NCBI GenBank assembly: GCA_028534125.1
Contig: CM052816.1
Location: 24,058,001-24,122,000, forward strand
DNA: 64,000 nt
DNA from: Lama glama
Taxonomy: Eukaryota
Reading direction: 5' to 3'
How positions within the stretch are numbered: the first letter of the stretch is position 1; each line of letters begins with the position of its first letter. Below the pieces are notes generated by a model that saw nothing but the letters and a program-made list of their open reading frames with translations, was not told the origin of the DNA and made no database searches. A program made the position numbers and the translations under genes. Shown here one piece after another: positions 63,331 to 64,000 of this stretch.

Positions 63331-64000
63331 AGAAATACACCACTATTACCCCACATGCCACCACCCACCTGCTCTCACTGTATAAAGGAATGATGGGAGA
63401 TGACAGTAAAGTGAGTTCTTTGTCATTAGGTACAAAGGACCCTGAGAAGAAACTAACCTCTGTCTGTAATCAGGGTAACAGTCCTGAGTCTTCACAAGCA
63501 TATCCAATTTCAATAGAAATGATATATGTGAAAGCCACTCTTAACAATACAAAACATTTGTAAGCTGGTAATTACTTTTCTAATGGAGACTCTCACATAT
63601 TATAGCCATCACTAAGGTTCTACCTCTGTTAAAGGTTGGAAAATGAGAATTAGACTCAAATCACTGAAAGAGAGATTTGTGCCATAAGAAAAACTTAAGG
63701 AAGAATTTAAAGATACTAAAGATGATAAAAAGTGAAAAAAAAATCTAAGTAAAAGATCTTAATACTGGTTATATCTGAAATAGGATTAATAGCGGCATTT
63801 TGTTCTCTAGTTTTTCCAAGTCCTTCTGCTATAGGCTTACATGAATCCCCTAAACATTGCATCTACTTAAAATTATAGAAGCCCTTTTCTGAGAAAAAGT
63901 ATAGTAACCTTTATTCTTATTCTAATAGGCATTACTTGAAAGAACTACATTTGACTGCAGACATAATTCTTAGGGAGACTGAAAAAAATTAGCTTACATT

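Noticed and set aside
1..64000. CRISPR arrays, operons, rRNA/snRNA genes, or a novel multi-gene system; remaining 60-150 aa ORFs
   Set aside because: This is mammalian intron/intergenic DNA with no repeat-spacer array or RNA gene that I recognise. The short ORFs fall in repeats or are of chance length and show no recognisable homology.

Overview
Mammalian genomic DNA, very probably camelid (alpaca/llama/camel), judged from five tRNA-derived SINEs resembling the camelid Vic-1 family plus young L1 3' ends. The only supportable protein-coding feature is coding exon 1 of SLC12A2 (NKCC1, Na-K-2Cl cotransporter) on the minus strand (ATG at 18721, donor after 17975), inside a ~2 kb CpG island. Bases 1-17974 are intron 1; I did not find exon 2. 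The island looks like a bidirectional promoter: a TATA-like box and GC boxes on the SLC12A2 side, and a BANP palindrome, a T16 tract and an octamer on the other. The ~44 kb to the right occupies the position of the divergent lncRNA known in human (SLC12A2-DT/LINC01184) and has several candidate + strand exons. It is mostly transposon-derived: L1, L2, MIR, a near full-length Tigger1, MER3/MER5A/MER44, and ERV1/ERVL/MaLR solo LTRs, several nested with intact target-site duplications (TSDs). I found no convincing new biological system. The most unusual signals are a complex 5'-inverted L1 insertion with a templated 92-bp duplication and apparent target deletion, and three template-switch-like inverted repeats. 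Repeat subfamily names come from my recall of consensus sequences, not a database search, and boundaries of old repeats are approximate.
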